A stretch of 52,586 nt of DNA from Pirellulales bacterium (lineage in GTDB: Bacteria > Planctomycetota > Planctomycetia > Pirellulales > JAICIG01). Position 1 is the first letter of the stretch; each line of letters begins with the position of its first letter. Below, one piece after another: positions 10,981 through 22,467 of the stretch. Location: assembly GCA_040901675.1 (NCBI GenBank), contig JBBDYJ010000004.1, positions 1 to 52,586 of the forward strand. Direction: 5' to 3'. The notes beneath the pieces are model-generated. The model was not told the DNA's origin. It saw only the letters and a program-made list of their open reading frames with translations, and ran no database searches. A program made the position numbers and the translations under genes.

Positions 10981-11085
10981 AGCCCCGAATGTTTACTATC
11001 GCCCGCTTCGGGGCTACGAAGATTCCCGGGCTAGATTCCCGTGGGCTTACGCCCACGGCTATTGACTGCCGCCCCATTCGGGGCT
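10981..11085. repeat. Repeat family E (cccgtgggcttacgcccacggctattgactg-cgcccc..cggggct) with 11-bp terminal inverted repeat
   Basis: agccccgaatg...cattcggggct ends; near-identical copy at 13309-13413. Confidence 0.85.
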
Positions 11086-11242
11086 CGGAAAGCGAGCAAT
11101 GCCGATTCGCGGTGCGATGCTGGCTCTGGTTGTTCGACGCCGATAGACTGGCTTTTGGGGGGACGGCCTGGCCTCTTGGAGCAACAATGACCGCTCTGCG
11201 CGTCTCACTGGGCTGGCTTCGGTGAATCGGGACGAAGGTCGT

Positions 11243-11583
11243 ATGGTGCGCGCGCCCTCAGAACGCTGGCCGCAGTTTTCGCTGCGATTGCTGCTTGAGG
11301 TAGTTTTTATTCTCGCGGCCGGTCTTGCCGGCTGGCAAAGCGTCTACGCGGGCGAGGCGCATCAATGGCCGGGTTTAACGTCAGCGAAGGGTATTGGGGA
11401 ACGCATTTTATGGCCTCAATGCTCTATGCCATGCCGAGCTACGAGCTCGGGATGGTAATCGTGGCGGCTTTCTGGTTCCTCTACACCACACTGCCCGCAA
11501 TTGGCCGCGTCGTGCTCATGCGCGTTTGCTTTCCCCGCGGCCAACGTCCTGTGCGCGCTGAGTTCTCCCGGGAGGCGCCGTGA
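11243..11583 (+). pseudogene. Small membrane protein gene (QFSLRxLL leader), apparently frameshifted near 11330
   Basis: The QFSLRLLL+TM frame switches to a second TM-encoding frame whose stop overlaps the next start (GTGA at 11580). Confidence 0.45.
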
Positions 11584-12488
11584 CGAACTCCACAGATCGA
11601 CCGCCGGCAGAAACACCGCCAGCGCAGTTCGGCCTGCGGACGCTGTTTTGGCTGTTGGCCGCGCTGAGCGTTTGGTTCGCGGCCGGTGTCTGGTTCGGCC
11701 CAACCGCGATGCTTGTCTTGGCCGTGATGGCGGCCGCCGTCGTTTACCTGGTTTGCCTGAGTCCGGAAACCCAGGAAAAAAGCTGCCTGGGCGTCATCCT
11801 TCTATCCGTTGTCATCATGGTGGCGGTTGCGGTGCTGCCGGCACTTCAGACTGCAGGGAAGGGAAGGCCATCCGCTTGCCGAAACAACCTCTACAATCTG
11901 GGAAGGGCGTTGGAAATGTATCATGCGCGGTACGGCTCGTTCCCGCCGGCATTCATCGCCGATGCCGGTGGCAAGCCGATGCACAGTTGGCGAGTGCTGT
12001 TGCTCCCCTACCTGGAACGGAATGAGCTCTACCGCCGCTATCGCTTCGATGAACCGTGGGATGGTCCCAACAATCGGTTGCTCGCCAAGGAGGTGCTCGA
12101 TATCTTCAGTTGCCCCACTGATGACCGGGCGAGACCCGGCGACACCAACTATGTCGCCGTCGTCGGCCCGCGGACCATGTGGCCCGCTCCGGCATCGGCC
12201 GGAAAGGACGACGCAGCCGACGGCAGCCACAACACGTTACTGCTCGTCGAGGTGGCCAGCTCGGGCATCCACTGGATGGAGCCCCGCGATCTCGACGTGT
12301 CGGCCTTGAAGCACGGAATCAACCCGGCGAAGGGGAAAGGCATCTCCAGCGGCCATGAGGGTGGAATCATGGTCGTCTTCGCCGACTGGCACGTACGTTT
12401 CCTATCCGACAGTCTGGACCAAGACGTGCTGGAGGCCCTTTTGACCAGAGATGGCAACGAGCCGATCGATGAGCAGATGCTTCAGTGA
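11580..12488 (+). CDS. DUF1559 domain protein, membrane anchored
   Basis: CRNNL..LG.AL..YH..YGSFPPA, HSWRVLLLPYL, EPWDGPNN, HWMEP.D, H.GG..V.FAD..V.F. Confidence 0.92.
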   Translation: MTNSTDRPPAETPPAQFGLRTLFWLLAALSVWFAAGVWFGPTAMLVLAVMAAAVVYLVCLSPETQEKSCLGVILLSVVIMVAVAVLPALQTAGKGRPSACRNNLYNLGRALEMYHARYGSFPPAFIADAGGKPMHSWRVLLLPYLERNELYRRYRFDEPWDGPNNRLLAKEVLDIFSCPTDDRARPGDTNYVAVVGPRTMWPAPASAGKDDAADGSHNTLLLVEVASSGIHWMEPRDLDVSALKHGINPAKGKGISSGHEGGIMVVFADWHVRFLSDSLDQDVLEALLTRDGNEPIDEQMLQ

Positions 12489-12512
12489 AGAAGTCTGCGC
12501 CGGCTCGCCTTG

Positions 12513-12566
12513 AAAAAAGGGGATAAGTCCAAATAACGCCCCTTATTTGGACTTATCCCCTTTTTT
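12513..12566. terminator. Perfect 24-bp inverted repeat; likely bidirectional intrinsic terminator
   Basis: aaaaaaggggataagtccaaataa-cgcccc-ttatttggacttatcccctttttt between convergent DUF1559 and ruvA. Confidence 0.8.
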
Positions 12567-12583
12567 TCTGGGGCAACAATGCG

Positions 12584-13210
12584 TCAGCTCTCCTGGCGGT
12601 GCTGGTAGATGGCCTGCAGCATCGACTCGACGTCGCTGTACTTCTTCTTCGTCTTGAGCACCGCCTCCAGCAGCCGGCGGGCGTCGGTCTCGGAGTGACC
12701 CAACTGGCGGAGCACCTCGAAGGTCTCGTCCACCACGCTGCGCTCGGCCTGGTCGGCGATCGGCTCCTCGCGGGCCACCAGCAGGGCGAACTTGGGCATC
12801 TTGCGCCGCAGTTTGGCGATGATCCGCTCGGCCAAGGCCGAACCGACGCCCGGCAGACTGGACAGCAGCTTGGCATCCTGCTCCTCAATGGCCGAAGCCA
12901 CGTCGCGCACCGGACGGACCATCGCCCGCAAAGCCTTCTTCACGCCCACGCCGTCGACCGAACAGATCAGCTCGAAAAACTCCCGCTCGATCTCGCTCAA
13001 GAAACCGATCAGCCGCGGAGTCAACCGGCCCTGCATCGGGTTGCCCTCCAGGTAGTCGATCGTGTGCAGACTCACCACCTGGCCCACCTGGTTCTGGAGC
13101 TGCCGCCGGGCGAACTCCGGAATGCGGACCTCGTACTCGAAGGCCTCGATCCCCAACGTGAGCGTCTCCTCGCCCACCGCCAACACCGTGCCCGTGATTT
13201 TGGAAATCAA
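12584..13210 (-). CDS. ruvA: Holliday junction DNA-binding protein RuvA
   Basis: ISKITG, L.GF...EREFF..I.SVDGVG.KKAL, LPGVG..AERII..L. Lies downstream of ruvC; TTG start after GAGGA. Confidence 0.95.
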   Translation of the reverse strand: MISKITGTVLAVGEETLTLGIEAFEYEVRIPEFARRQLQNQVGQVVSLHTIDYLEGNPMQGRLTPRLIGFLSEIEREFFELICSVDGVGVKKALRAMVRPVRDVASAIEEQDAKLLSSLPGVGSALAERIIAKLRRKMPKFALLVAREEPIADQAERSVVDETFEVLRQLGHSETDARRLLEAVLKTKKKYSDVESMLQAIYQHRQES

Positions 13211-13308
13211 AGCTCGTTTTCCTCGCGAATTAGGCTGGAGGCTGTAGGCCGCAGGAAAGGCAGACGCGGACGCTCGAGGTCCACCCACGCACTCAAGGCC
13301 ACTCATAC

Positions 13309-13413
13309 TTTACTGTCGCCCCCTTCGGGGGCTTACGAAGATTTTTCGGGCTCGTCCCGTGGGCTTACGCCGGCTTACGCCCACGGCTATTGACTGTCGC
13401 CCCCTTCGGGGCT
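13309..13413. repeat. Repeat family E, second copy (with 10-bp internal duplication ggcttacgcc)
   Basis: Aligns with 10992-11085. Confidence 0.85.
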
Positions 13414-13422
13414 GGGCTGACG

Positions 13423-14034
13423 CTATTGGCCACCTGCCATCCGCTTGCCGCCGTCTTCGTATCCCCCCTTCGCCCCTTCCCCCATTCCCCCCTTCCTCCG
13501 CGCTAGCGCGGCCCACTCGGGCTCCAGATAATAATGACACAAGGCGATGGCCAGGGCGTCGCTCACGTCATGCGGCTCGATGAGCTGCTTCAGCCGCAGC
13601 TCCTGCTGCACGGCCCGCTGAATCTGGCTCTTGCCGGCCCGGCCGCTGCCGGTCAACGTCTTCTTGACCTGCGTGGCGCCGTAGTGGACCACCGGCACCC
13701 CCGCCTGCTGGGCGGCCAGGCAGATCACGCCGCGGGCGTGGCCCATCAAGATCGACGTCCGCGGCCGCTTGTAGTGGCCATAAAGTTGCTCCAGTGCCAT
13801 TGCGCAGGGTCGGAACGTGTCGATCACTTCCCGCACGCCGTCGTAAATCTCGGCCAGCCGGGCCGTGAGCGAGTCGCGCGTGCGGCCGCGGACCACCCCC
13901 GCCTCGCACAACACCGGCCCCCCCAGCGCCACCTCCAGCACGCCGTACCCGGTGATGTTCAGACCGGGGTCAATGCCCAATACCCGCAGGCCGGTGGCCG
14001 GGCTGGTCGGGCTGTGGGCTGGTTGTCGCAACAT
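13423..14034 (-). CDS. ruvC: Crossover junction endodeoxyribonuclease RuvC
   Basis: VLGIDPG..TGYGV, ALEQLY, MGHARGV, VKKTLTG.GRA.K.Q, D.SDALAIALCH. Confidence 0.96.
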   Translation of the reverse strand: MLRQPAHSPTSPATGLRVLGIDPGLNITGYGVLEVALGGPVLCEAGVVRGRTRDSLTARLAEIYDGVREVIDTFRPCAMALEQLYGHYKRPRTSILMGHARGVICLAAQQAGVPVVHYGATQVKKTLTGSGRAGKSQIQRAVQQELRLKQLIEPHDVSDALAIALCHYYLEPEWAALARRKGGMGEGAKGGYEDGGKRMAGGQ

Positions 14035-14209
14035 CCGTGCAGCCGGAAGGAGGAAGGAGGAGATAGGACAGCAGGGGGAGATGACTTCGTCCTGGTGCTG
14101 GCCCACCGCCTCCCGTTCTAGCAATCTGGGGCACGCTTATCGCTTTGCCCCAGCCACCCAGCCGTGGTCTCTGCCCTCATCATTCGAGATTCAGAATCCA
14201 GAACCGCTT

Positions 14210-15781
<1,572 letters not shown>

Positions 15782-15793
15782 AACAAGGCAGCC

Positions 15794-16276
15794 TTAAACG
15801 GGCTCGATCAGCACGACGGCCTGGGCCACGATCGCTTCGCGGCGGCCCACCGGGCCCACCGATTCGCCGGTCTTGGCCTTGATGCCGATCCGCCCAGGGT
15901 CGATCCGCAATAGTTGGGCAATCCGCTGGCGGATGGCCTGTTTGTAGTCCGACAGCTTGGGACGCTCCGCAAACACGATTGTGTCGACGTTCACCACCCG
16001 AAAACCGGCCTGCGAGACTCGGGCCAAGGCCAGGGCCAACATCTCGGCCGAATCGCGTCCCAGGTTGGCCGGGTCGGTGTCGGGGAACAGCTCGCCGATG
16101 TCGCCCAGGGCGGCGGCGCCCAGCAGGGCATCGGTCAGCGCGTGCAACAGCACGTCGGCGTCGCTGTGACCGACCAGTCCCTGGTCGTGAGGGATGACGA
16201 CTCCGCCCAACACCAGCGGCCCGCCCGGCTGAAGCCGGTGGGTGTCGTGCCCTATGCCAACTCGTGCCGCGAGCGT
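15794..16276 (-). CDS. ispF: 2-C-methyl-D-erythritol 2,4-cyclodiphosphate synthase IspF (start probably ACG at 16276)
   Basis: GHSDADVLLHALTDALLGA..GDIG..FPD, IKAKTGE. The conserved RVGIGHDTHRL lies upstream of the ORF-track start at 16213. Confidence 0.93.
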   Translation of the reverse strand, partial: TLAARVGIGHDTHRLQPGGPLVLGGVVIPHDQGLVGHSDADVLLHALTDALLGAAALGDIGELFPDTDPANLGRDSAEMLALALARVSQAGFRVVNVDTIVFAERPKLSDYKQAIRQRIAQLLRIDPGRIGIKAKTGESVGPVGRREAIVAQAVVLIEPV

Positions 16277-16428
16277 GTCTGGTTCCTCTTGAAGGCGGAA
16301 GTCAGGGGTCAGAAGTCAGAGGCAGGGCCGAATTATATCGCAAAGGGCGTTTGTTCACAACGCACCCGGCGACCGCCGGAGCGGGCCACTTCTCGCCCCA
16401 ATCGCTCAGGCCTATAATCGAGTTCGAA

Positions 16429-17448
16429 ATGGCCATCATCCAAGTCAGAGGGCTTGCCAAGTCCTACCGCGTCTACCAGAAGCAGGAAGGCTTGCTGGCC
16501 TCGGTGCGGGGCCTTTTCCATCGCCGGTACCGCCTGGTCCAGGCCGTCCGCGGCATCGACCTCGACGTCGAGGAAGGGCAGTTCGTGGCCTTTTTGGGCC
16601 CCAACGGGGCGGGCAAGACGACCACGCTCAAGCTGCTGTCGGGCGTGATCACGCCCACCCGCGGCACGGCGGAAGTCATGGGGTTCGTTCCCTGGAAGCG
16701 CGACAACGCCTACCGCCGCCGCTTCGCCCTGGTGATGGGGCAGAAGAACCAGCTTTGGTGGGACCTGCCGGCGCAGGAGTCGTTCCGCTTGCACCAGCAG
16801 ATCTACCGCATCGAACCGGAACGATTCGAGCGGACCCGCGATGAGCTGGTCGACCTGCTGAGGGTAGGGGGCCTCTTGTCCCAGCCGGTCCGCGAACTGT
16901 CGCTCGGCGAGCGGATGAAGATGGAGCTGATCGCCGCCCTGCTGCACTCGCCCGAGGTGCTCTTTCTCGACGAGCCCACCATCGGCCTCGACGTAATCGC
17001 CCAGCACAACATCCAGAACTTCTTGCGGCATTACCAGCAACTGCGGCGGATCACCATCCTCTTGACCAGCCATTACATGAAGGACGTGGCCGCGTTGTGC
17101 AAGCGGGTGGTCATCATCGCCCAGGGGCGGATCATGTACGACGGTTCGCTGGCCGGCATCGTCGACCGCTTCAGCGGGCACAAGGTGATCACGCTGCAAT
17201 TTGCCGACGAGGCCGCCTTGCCGGCCGACTTGGACCGCTACGGCCAGGTGCTGGAGCAGCAGGCGCCCAAGGCGCGGATCCGCGTGCCGCGGCGGGCGGT
17301 GCCTGAGCTGCTGGCGGCCATCCTGGCCCGGCACATCATCGAGGACGTGAGCGTTGAGGACCCGCCGCTGGAAGAAGTGATCGCCGAGATGTTCTCGCAG
17401 GCGGACGACCGCATCGCCGCCGAAGAACGAGCCGAACAGCTTGCCTGA
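16429..17448 (+). CDS. ABC transporter ATP-binding protein (exporter type)
   Basis: [33 protein letters not shown]. Confidence 0.95.
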   Translation: MAIIQVRGLAKSYRVYQKQEGLLASVRGLFHRRYRLVQAVRGIDLDVEEGQFVAFLGPNGAGKTTTLKLLSGVITPTRGTAEVMGFVPWKRDNAYRRRFALVMGQKNQLWWDLPAQESFRLHQQIYRIEPERFERTRDELVDLLRVGGLLSQPVRELSLGERMKMELIAALLHSPEVLFLDEPTIGLDVIAQHNIQNFLRHYQQLRRITILLTSHYMKDVAALCKRVVIIAQGRIMYDGSLAGIVDRFSGHKVITLQFADEAALPADLDRYGQVLEQQAPKARIRVPRRAVPELLAAILARHIIEDVSVEDPPLEEVIAEMFSQADDRIAAEERAEQLA

Positions 17449-17477
17449 CCGCTCGGCCCCGCCCTGGAAAACCAGTC

Positions 17478-18293
17478 ATGTTGGCCAAAGCTCGGACCTG
17501 GTGGACGATCCTGAGGATCTGCCTGGAAGAACGGCTGGTCTACCGGGGCGATTTTGCCCTGGGAACGCTGATGCGGTTTTTGCCCATCGTGACCCAGATC
17601 TTCTTGTGGCGGGCCATCTTCGAGGCCACCAGCGGCAGCTCGATCGCCGGATACAACTACCACGAGCTGATCGCTTATTACCTGTTGACGATGGTCACGC
17701 GGGCGTTTTCCAGCATGCCCGGCCTGGCCTCGGGCATCGCCTTGCAGATCCGCAACGGCGAAATCAAGAAGTTCCTGATTCAGCCCATCGACATGATCGG
17801 CTTTCTTCTCTTGAGCCGGGTGGCGCACAAGCTGGTTTATTACACCGTGGCCCTGGGGCCGTTTGCCCTGGTGTTTTACCTCTGCCGCGGCTTCTTCGCG
17901 GGCTGGCCCGATCCCGGCACGCTGGCCGCCTTTGCCGCCTCGCTGCTGATGGCCTTTCTGCTGGGCTTCTTCCTGGAAGCCACGTTCGGCATGCTGGGGT
18001 TCTGGTTCCTCGACGTCAGCTCGCTGTTGTTCGTGTACATGCTGTTCAACTTCTTTTTCTCCGGCCACATGTTTCCCATCGACATGCTGCCGGGGATCTG
18101 GGGCGACCTGGTGCAGCTCTTGCCGCTCAAGTACCTGGCGTATTACCCGGCGGCCGTGTTCCTGGGCAAGGTCGAGGGGGCGGAGTTGGCCACCGGCTTG
18201 TGGGTGCAGCTCGGCTGGGTGCTGTTCTTTTTCGCGGCCAGCCGCCTGGCACTGGCCCTGGGCCTGCGCCGCTATAGCGGATACGGGGGCTAG
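17478..18293 (+). CDS. ABC-2 family permease (DUF990-like)
   Basis: About six TM segments, I.NGEI..FL..P motif, operonic with the ATPase. Confidence 0.88.
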   Translation: MLAKARTWWTILRICLEERLVYRGDFALGTLMRFLPIVTQIFLWRAIFEATSGSSIAGYNYHELIAYYLLTMVTRAFSSMPGLASGIALQIRNGEIKKFLIQPIDMIGFLLLSRVAHKLVYYTVALGPFALVFYLCRGFFAGWPDPGTLAAFAASLLMAFLLGFFLEATFGMLGFWFLDVSSLLFVYMLFNFFFSGHMFPIDMLPGIWGDLVQLLPLKYLAYYPAAVFLGKVEGAELATGLWVQLGWVLFFFAASRLALALGLRRYSGYGG

Positions 18294-18296
18294 CCC

Positions 18297-19124
18297 TTGA
18301 CCGAATCTCCCCGTTACCTGCGCGTGTTTGGCACGTTCGCCCGCAACAGCCTGGTGCGCGACATGACGTTCCGCGCCAACTTCCTGATCGACTGCGTCTC
18401 GTCGCTCTCCTGGGTGTTCATGAACCTGGGCTTCTACGTGCTGATCTTCGAGTACACCAGCGAGATCGGCGCCCGCACCGGCTGGCACAAGTACGAGTTC
18501 TTCGTCTTCCTTTCGACGACGCTGTTCGTCAACAGCGTGGTGCAGGCCTTCTTCATGCCCAATGCCAACGAGCTGAGCGAGCTGATCCGCACCGGGCACC
18601 TCGACTTCGCCCTGCTCAAGCCGATCGACACGCAGTTCATCGTCTCGCTGGCCCGCATCGAATGGTCGTCGCTGGCCAACTTCGTGTTCGCCCTCGTCTT
18701 GTTGGGCTACTCGCTGGTCCAGCTCGACTTTACTCCGCAACCGGTGCAGTTCGTGCTGTATCCATTGTACCTGGCTTGCGGCGTCGCCATTCTCTACAGC
18801 CTGATGATCGCGCTGTCGAGCGTCAGCATCTGGCTGGGCCGCAACCAGAGCCTGTACGACTTCTGGTTCTACATCACGAATTTTTCGCGATATCCGATGG
18901 AGATTTACGCGGGAAGAATCGGCACGCCTTTGCGGCGCGTGTTCACGTTTGCCATACCGGTGTTGATCGTCGTCAACGTGCCGGCCCGTTTGCTGGCCCG
19001 CCCGCTGGAATCGCAGAACTGGCCCCTGGCCGCCTTCGCCCTGGTGGCCACGGCCGGCAGCCTGGCCGCCTCGCGGTGGGTCTTCCAGCGGGCCTTGTCG
19101 AGTTATCGCAGTGCCAGCAGTTGA
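18297..19124 (+). CDS. ABC-2 family permease (DUF990-like)
   Basis: IRTG.LDF.LLKP, RYP..IY, C-terminal Y.SASS. Confidence 0.88.
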   Translation: MTESPRYLRVFGTFARNSLVRDMTFRANFLIDCVSSLSWVFMNLGFYVLIFEYTSEIGARTGWHKYEFFVFLSTTLFVNSVVQAFFMPNANELSELIRTGHLDFALLKPIDTQFIVSLARIEWSSLANFVFALVLLGYSLVQLDFTPQPVQFVLYPLYLACGVAILYSLMIALSSVSIWLGRNQSLYDFWFYITNFSRYPMEIYAGRIGTPLRRVFTFAIPVLIVVNVPARLLARPLESQNWPLAAFALVATAGSLAASRWVFQRALSSYRSASS

Positions 19125-19178
19125 GCCGGATTTTTTTCCAGGTCACTTTTCGAAGACCCTGAACACTGAAAGTGCCGC

Positions 19179-20036
19179 ATGAAACTGGCCTTCAGCTCAA
19201 ACGCCTACATGAACTTCTCGATCGAGGAGGCGATCCGCCGGATTGCCGCGGTCGGCTACACCGGAATCGAGATCCTCTCCGACGTGCCGCACGCCTGGCC
19301 GGCGGGGCTGCTGCCCGAACGCAAGCAGGCCATCCGCGATTGCCTCAAGCAGCACGGTCTGCAGATCTCCAACGTGAATGGCTTCATGATGAACGCGGTG
19401 GCCGACCCGCGCCAGCCGTACTGGCACCCTTCCTGGATCGAGCCCGATCCCAACTATCGGGCCATCCGCCGCGAGCACACCAAACGGGCCTTGCGGCTGG
19501 CCGCCGAGCTGGGCGCCAACAACCTGCAAACCGAACCGGGCGGGCCGCTGGCCGAGGGCCAAAGCTGGGACGATGCTGCGCGCACCTTTTATGAAGAGCT
19601 GATGCCCTGCGTCGAGGTGGCCGAGAGCGTCGAAGTCGGCCTGCTCATCGAACCCGAGCCGGGTCTGATGATCGAACGCTTCGGCCAGTACTTGAGGTTC
19701 ATGGAGCGGATCGACAGCCCCTGGGTCGGCTTGAACTTCGACATCGGCCACGCCTATTGCGTCGGCGAGGACCCCCAGGACTGGGTGGTCCGGATGGCCG
19801 CCCACACCAGGCACTACCATTTCGAGGACATTGCGCCGACCCGCGTTCACCAGCACCTGGTGCCGGGCCGGGGCGCCATTGATTTTGCCGCCACGCTGTC
19901 GGCCATCGCCCAGACCGGATACGACGGCTGGATCACCGTCGAGCTGTATCCCTACATCGATGATCCCGACGCGGCCGCCCGCGAGGCCTACGACTTTGTC
20001 ACGGCCGCCATGGGGGTTTTGAAGGCAGAAGGGTGA
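19179..20036 (+). CDS. Sugar phosphate isomerase/epimerase family (xylose-isomerase-like TIM barrel)
   Basis: IEPEPG, NFDIGH, HYHFED, H.HL.PG.G.IDF, GYDGWITVELY. Confidence 0.9.
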   Translation: MKLAFSSNAYMNFSIEEAIRRIAAVGYTGIEILSDVPHAWPAGLLPERKQAIRDCLKQHGLQISNVNGFMMNAVADPRQPYWHPSWIEPDPNYRAIRREHTKRALRLAAELGANNLQTEPGGPLAEGQSWDDAARTFYEELMPCVEVAESVEVGLLIEPEPGLMIERFGQYLRFMERIDSPWVGLNFDIGHAYCVGEDPQDWVVRMAAHTRHYHFEDIAPTRVHQHLVPGRGAIDFAATLSAIAQTGYDGWITVELYPYIDDPDAAAREAYDFVTAAMGVLKAEG

Positions 20037-20328
20037 AGGCAGAAGGCAGAAGGAGGAAAGAGGAATAGGACGATGAGCCGGACAAAGAGCAACTGGGGCA
20101 GACCTCTCGACGAGGCTCGAGGCGCTCGCGAGCTAACGCTTTGCCACCAGCCACTGGGGTTCATCGCAGCGCTGGTGGGATATGCGGCTATTTTGTGCGC
20201 CGGTGCGGCGGCGCGTGCTCTCGACGAGGATGAAACAGGGGCGGTGGTCGGCACCGTCCGGTGGCCCAACTAACCGCGCTGACCTCCACCTGCTTTCATC
20301 CCGCCGGCCGGCGCTGTAAGCTCGCCGC

Positions 20329-20865
20329 ATGGACGAGCTGTTTGAATCGACCGATAATCCATATCAATCCCCGGCCTATCCGTATCGAGACACCGCTTAT
20401 CCATCGGAAGAAGGACAACCGTTTGCTCCGCAAGGACTGGCGACGCACGTGCCCGCGGTGGCGATCCTGATGATGGTCCAGGGCGCCGTGGAAATAGTCG
20501 TTTCGCTGTTTTTCTTTCTCATGGTTGGCGTGCTGCCCGTGGCGTTTGCAGCCATGCCGGCCGGAGCGCCAGGCGGCGGTGCGCAGCCAGGGCCGCCCCC
20601 CGCGGCCTTTGGCCGGACGCTGGCGACGGTCTACGCGGTGATGGGCCTGGCGGCGGTGCTTGGCGGGGTGCTGAAGGTGGTGGGCGGATGGCGGAACTTT
20701 CGCTATCGTGGACGCGTGCTGGGCATCGTGGCTCTGTCCAGCGCATTGGCCTCCATGCTGACGTGCTATTGCGCGCCGACGGCTATCGCGCTGTTCGTCT
20801 ACGGGCTGATCGTGCACCTCAGCCCGGAAACCGCGGTGGCCTTCGACCAGGCGGACTCGAGGTAA
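20329..20865 (+). CDS. Hypothetical membrane protein
   Basis: Planctomycete-type NPYQSP N-terminus; 3-4 TM helices. Confidence 0.75.
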   Translation: MDELFESTDNPYQSPAYPYRDTAYPSEEGQPFAPQGLATHVPAVAILMMVQGAVEIVVSLFFFLMVGVLPVAFAAMPAGAPGGGAQPGPPPAAFGRTLATVYAVMGLAAVLGGVLKVVGGWRNFRYRGRVLGIVALSSALASMLTCYCAPTAIALFVYGLIVHLSPETAVAFDQADSR

Positions 20866-20927
20866 GCGATGCGGCGTCTGGCCACGGGAATCACTCGTAC
20901 AGTTTCTGAACACCGAGGGAGAGTGCC

Positions 20928-21578
20928 ATGAATCAACGACCAGGCGGGCTGACCGCCGTATGCGTGCTGGCTATCGTGCTGGGGGCATTAGGCCTGTTGA
21001 CTGGGCTCGTGGGCATCGTGGGGATGCTCGCGGCGCCGGCGATGCAGAATTTGTTCTCCGGCATGCCCGGCATGAATGACGAATTCACCAAAGTGCAGAT
21101 GGAAATGAATGCCGAAATGATGGCCGTGGCGCAGTCGCGGCCGGTCCTCACGTGGTCGCTGTACATCGTCCACCTGATGGTTGCCTCTACGCTGCTCGTC
21201 GGCGGGATCCTCGCTGTGATGCTCAAACCGGTCGGCCGGCGGCTGCTCTTGGGCGTGTTCGTCGGAGCCATCGTCTTCGAACTGGTCAGGATCGTCCCCA
21301 CGGTGATCATGGCACTGGAGAACATGGCCATTGTGGAGGAGTATATGCCGCGGCTGGCGGAGGCCAGCAATCAAGGCGGCCAGGCCCCGCCAGGCATGGA
21401 CCAGACCATGGGCGCCTTCGCCAAAGTGGGCGCCATTGTCGGGTTGGTGGCGGCCGTGGCCATGATGCTGTTCAAGTGCGCCTTTTACGTGGTCGGCACC
21501 TTGTATCTGAGCAAACCACGCATCGTGGCGCTCTACTCGCAGGCGCATGACGTGGCGGGCCAAGGGGACTGGAACTGA
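20928..21578 (+). CDS. Hypothetical four-TM membrane protein
   Basis: RPGGLT.. N-terminus, four hydrophobic segments, GAGGGAG SD. Confidence 0.8.
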   Translation: MNQRPGGLTAVCVLAIVLGALGLLTGLVGIVGMLAAPAMQNLFSGMPGMNDEFTKVQMEMNAEMMAVAQSRPVLTWSLYIVHLMVASTLLVGGILAVMLKPVGRRLLLGVFVGAIVFELVRIVPTVIMALENMAIVEEYMPRLAEASNQGGQAPPGMDQTMGAFAKVGAIVGLVAAVAMMLFKCAFYVVGTLYLSKPRIVALYSQAHDVAGQGDWN

Positions 21579-21592
21579 AAGGGGCCTGGCGG

Positions 21593-22108
<516 letters not shown>

Positions 22109-22109
22109 G

Positions 22110-22467
22110 GGATAGGGGGCAGAGGTCAGAAGTCAGAGTCAGAGACCAGTAGTGCCACTGCTTGGAGGTCCCGCCGTGTCGGGACGGCTCGACTGAGCTC
22201 GCCGAAGTCCGAGAAGCAGTGATCCGCAATATCATTGCTAGCGCTTCCCCCAGCCATCCGACGAGGGAAAAAACGACACGGCGACAAGGGGACAAGGCGA
22301 CAAGGCGAATACGGGGGGGAACGGACGAAGACTGGGGCACGCTACGACTCGACTGAGCTCGCGACTCGACTGAGCTCGCCGAAGTCCGAAGTCCGCTTTG
22401 CCGCCAGGCACCCGACGACGACTTTTCTGACTTCTGACTTCTGCCCTCTGACTTCTGATCTCTGACT
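22110..22467. repeat. Composite repeat cluster: heptamer arrays, family C and family B hairpins with 24-bp unit insertions, 8-mer (gacaaggc) array
   Basis: Parts match 1-55, 33046-33091, 33913-33990, 45036-45100 and 30834-30921. Confidence 0.88.

Noticed and set aside
20073..20273. 66-aa ORF
   Set aside because: It is largely made of a family B repeat and has no recognisable homology, so it is unsupported as a gene.
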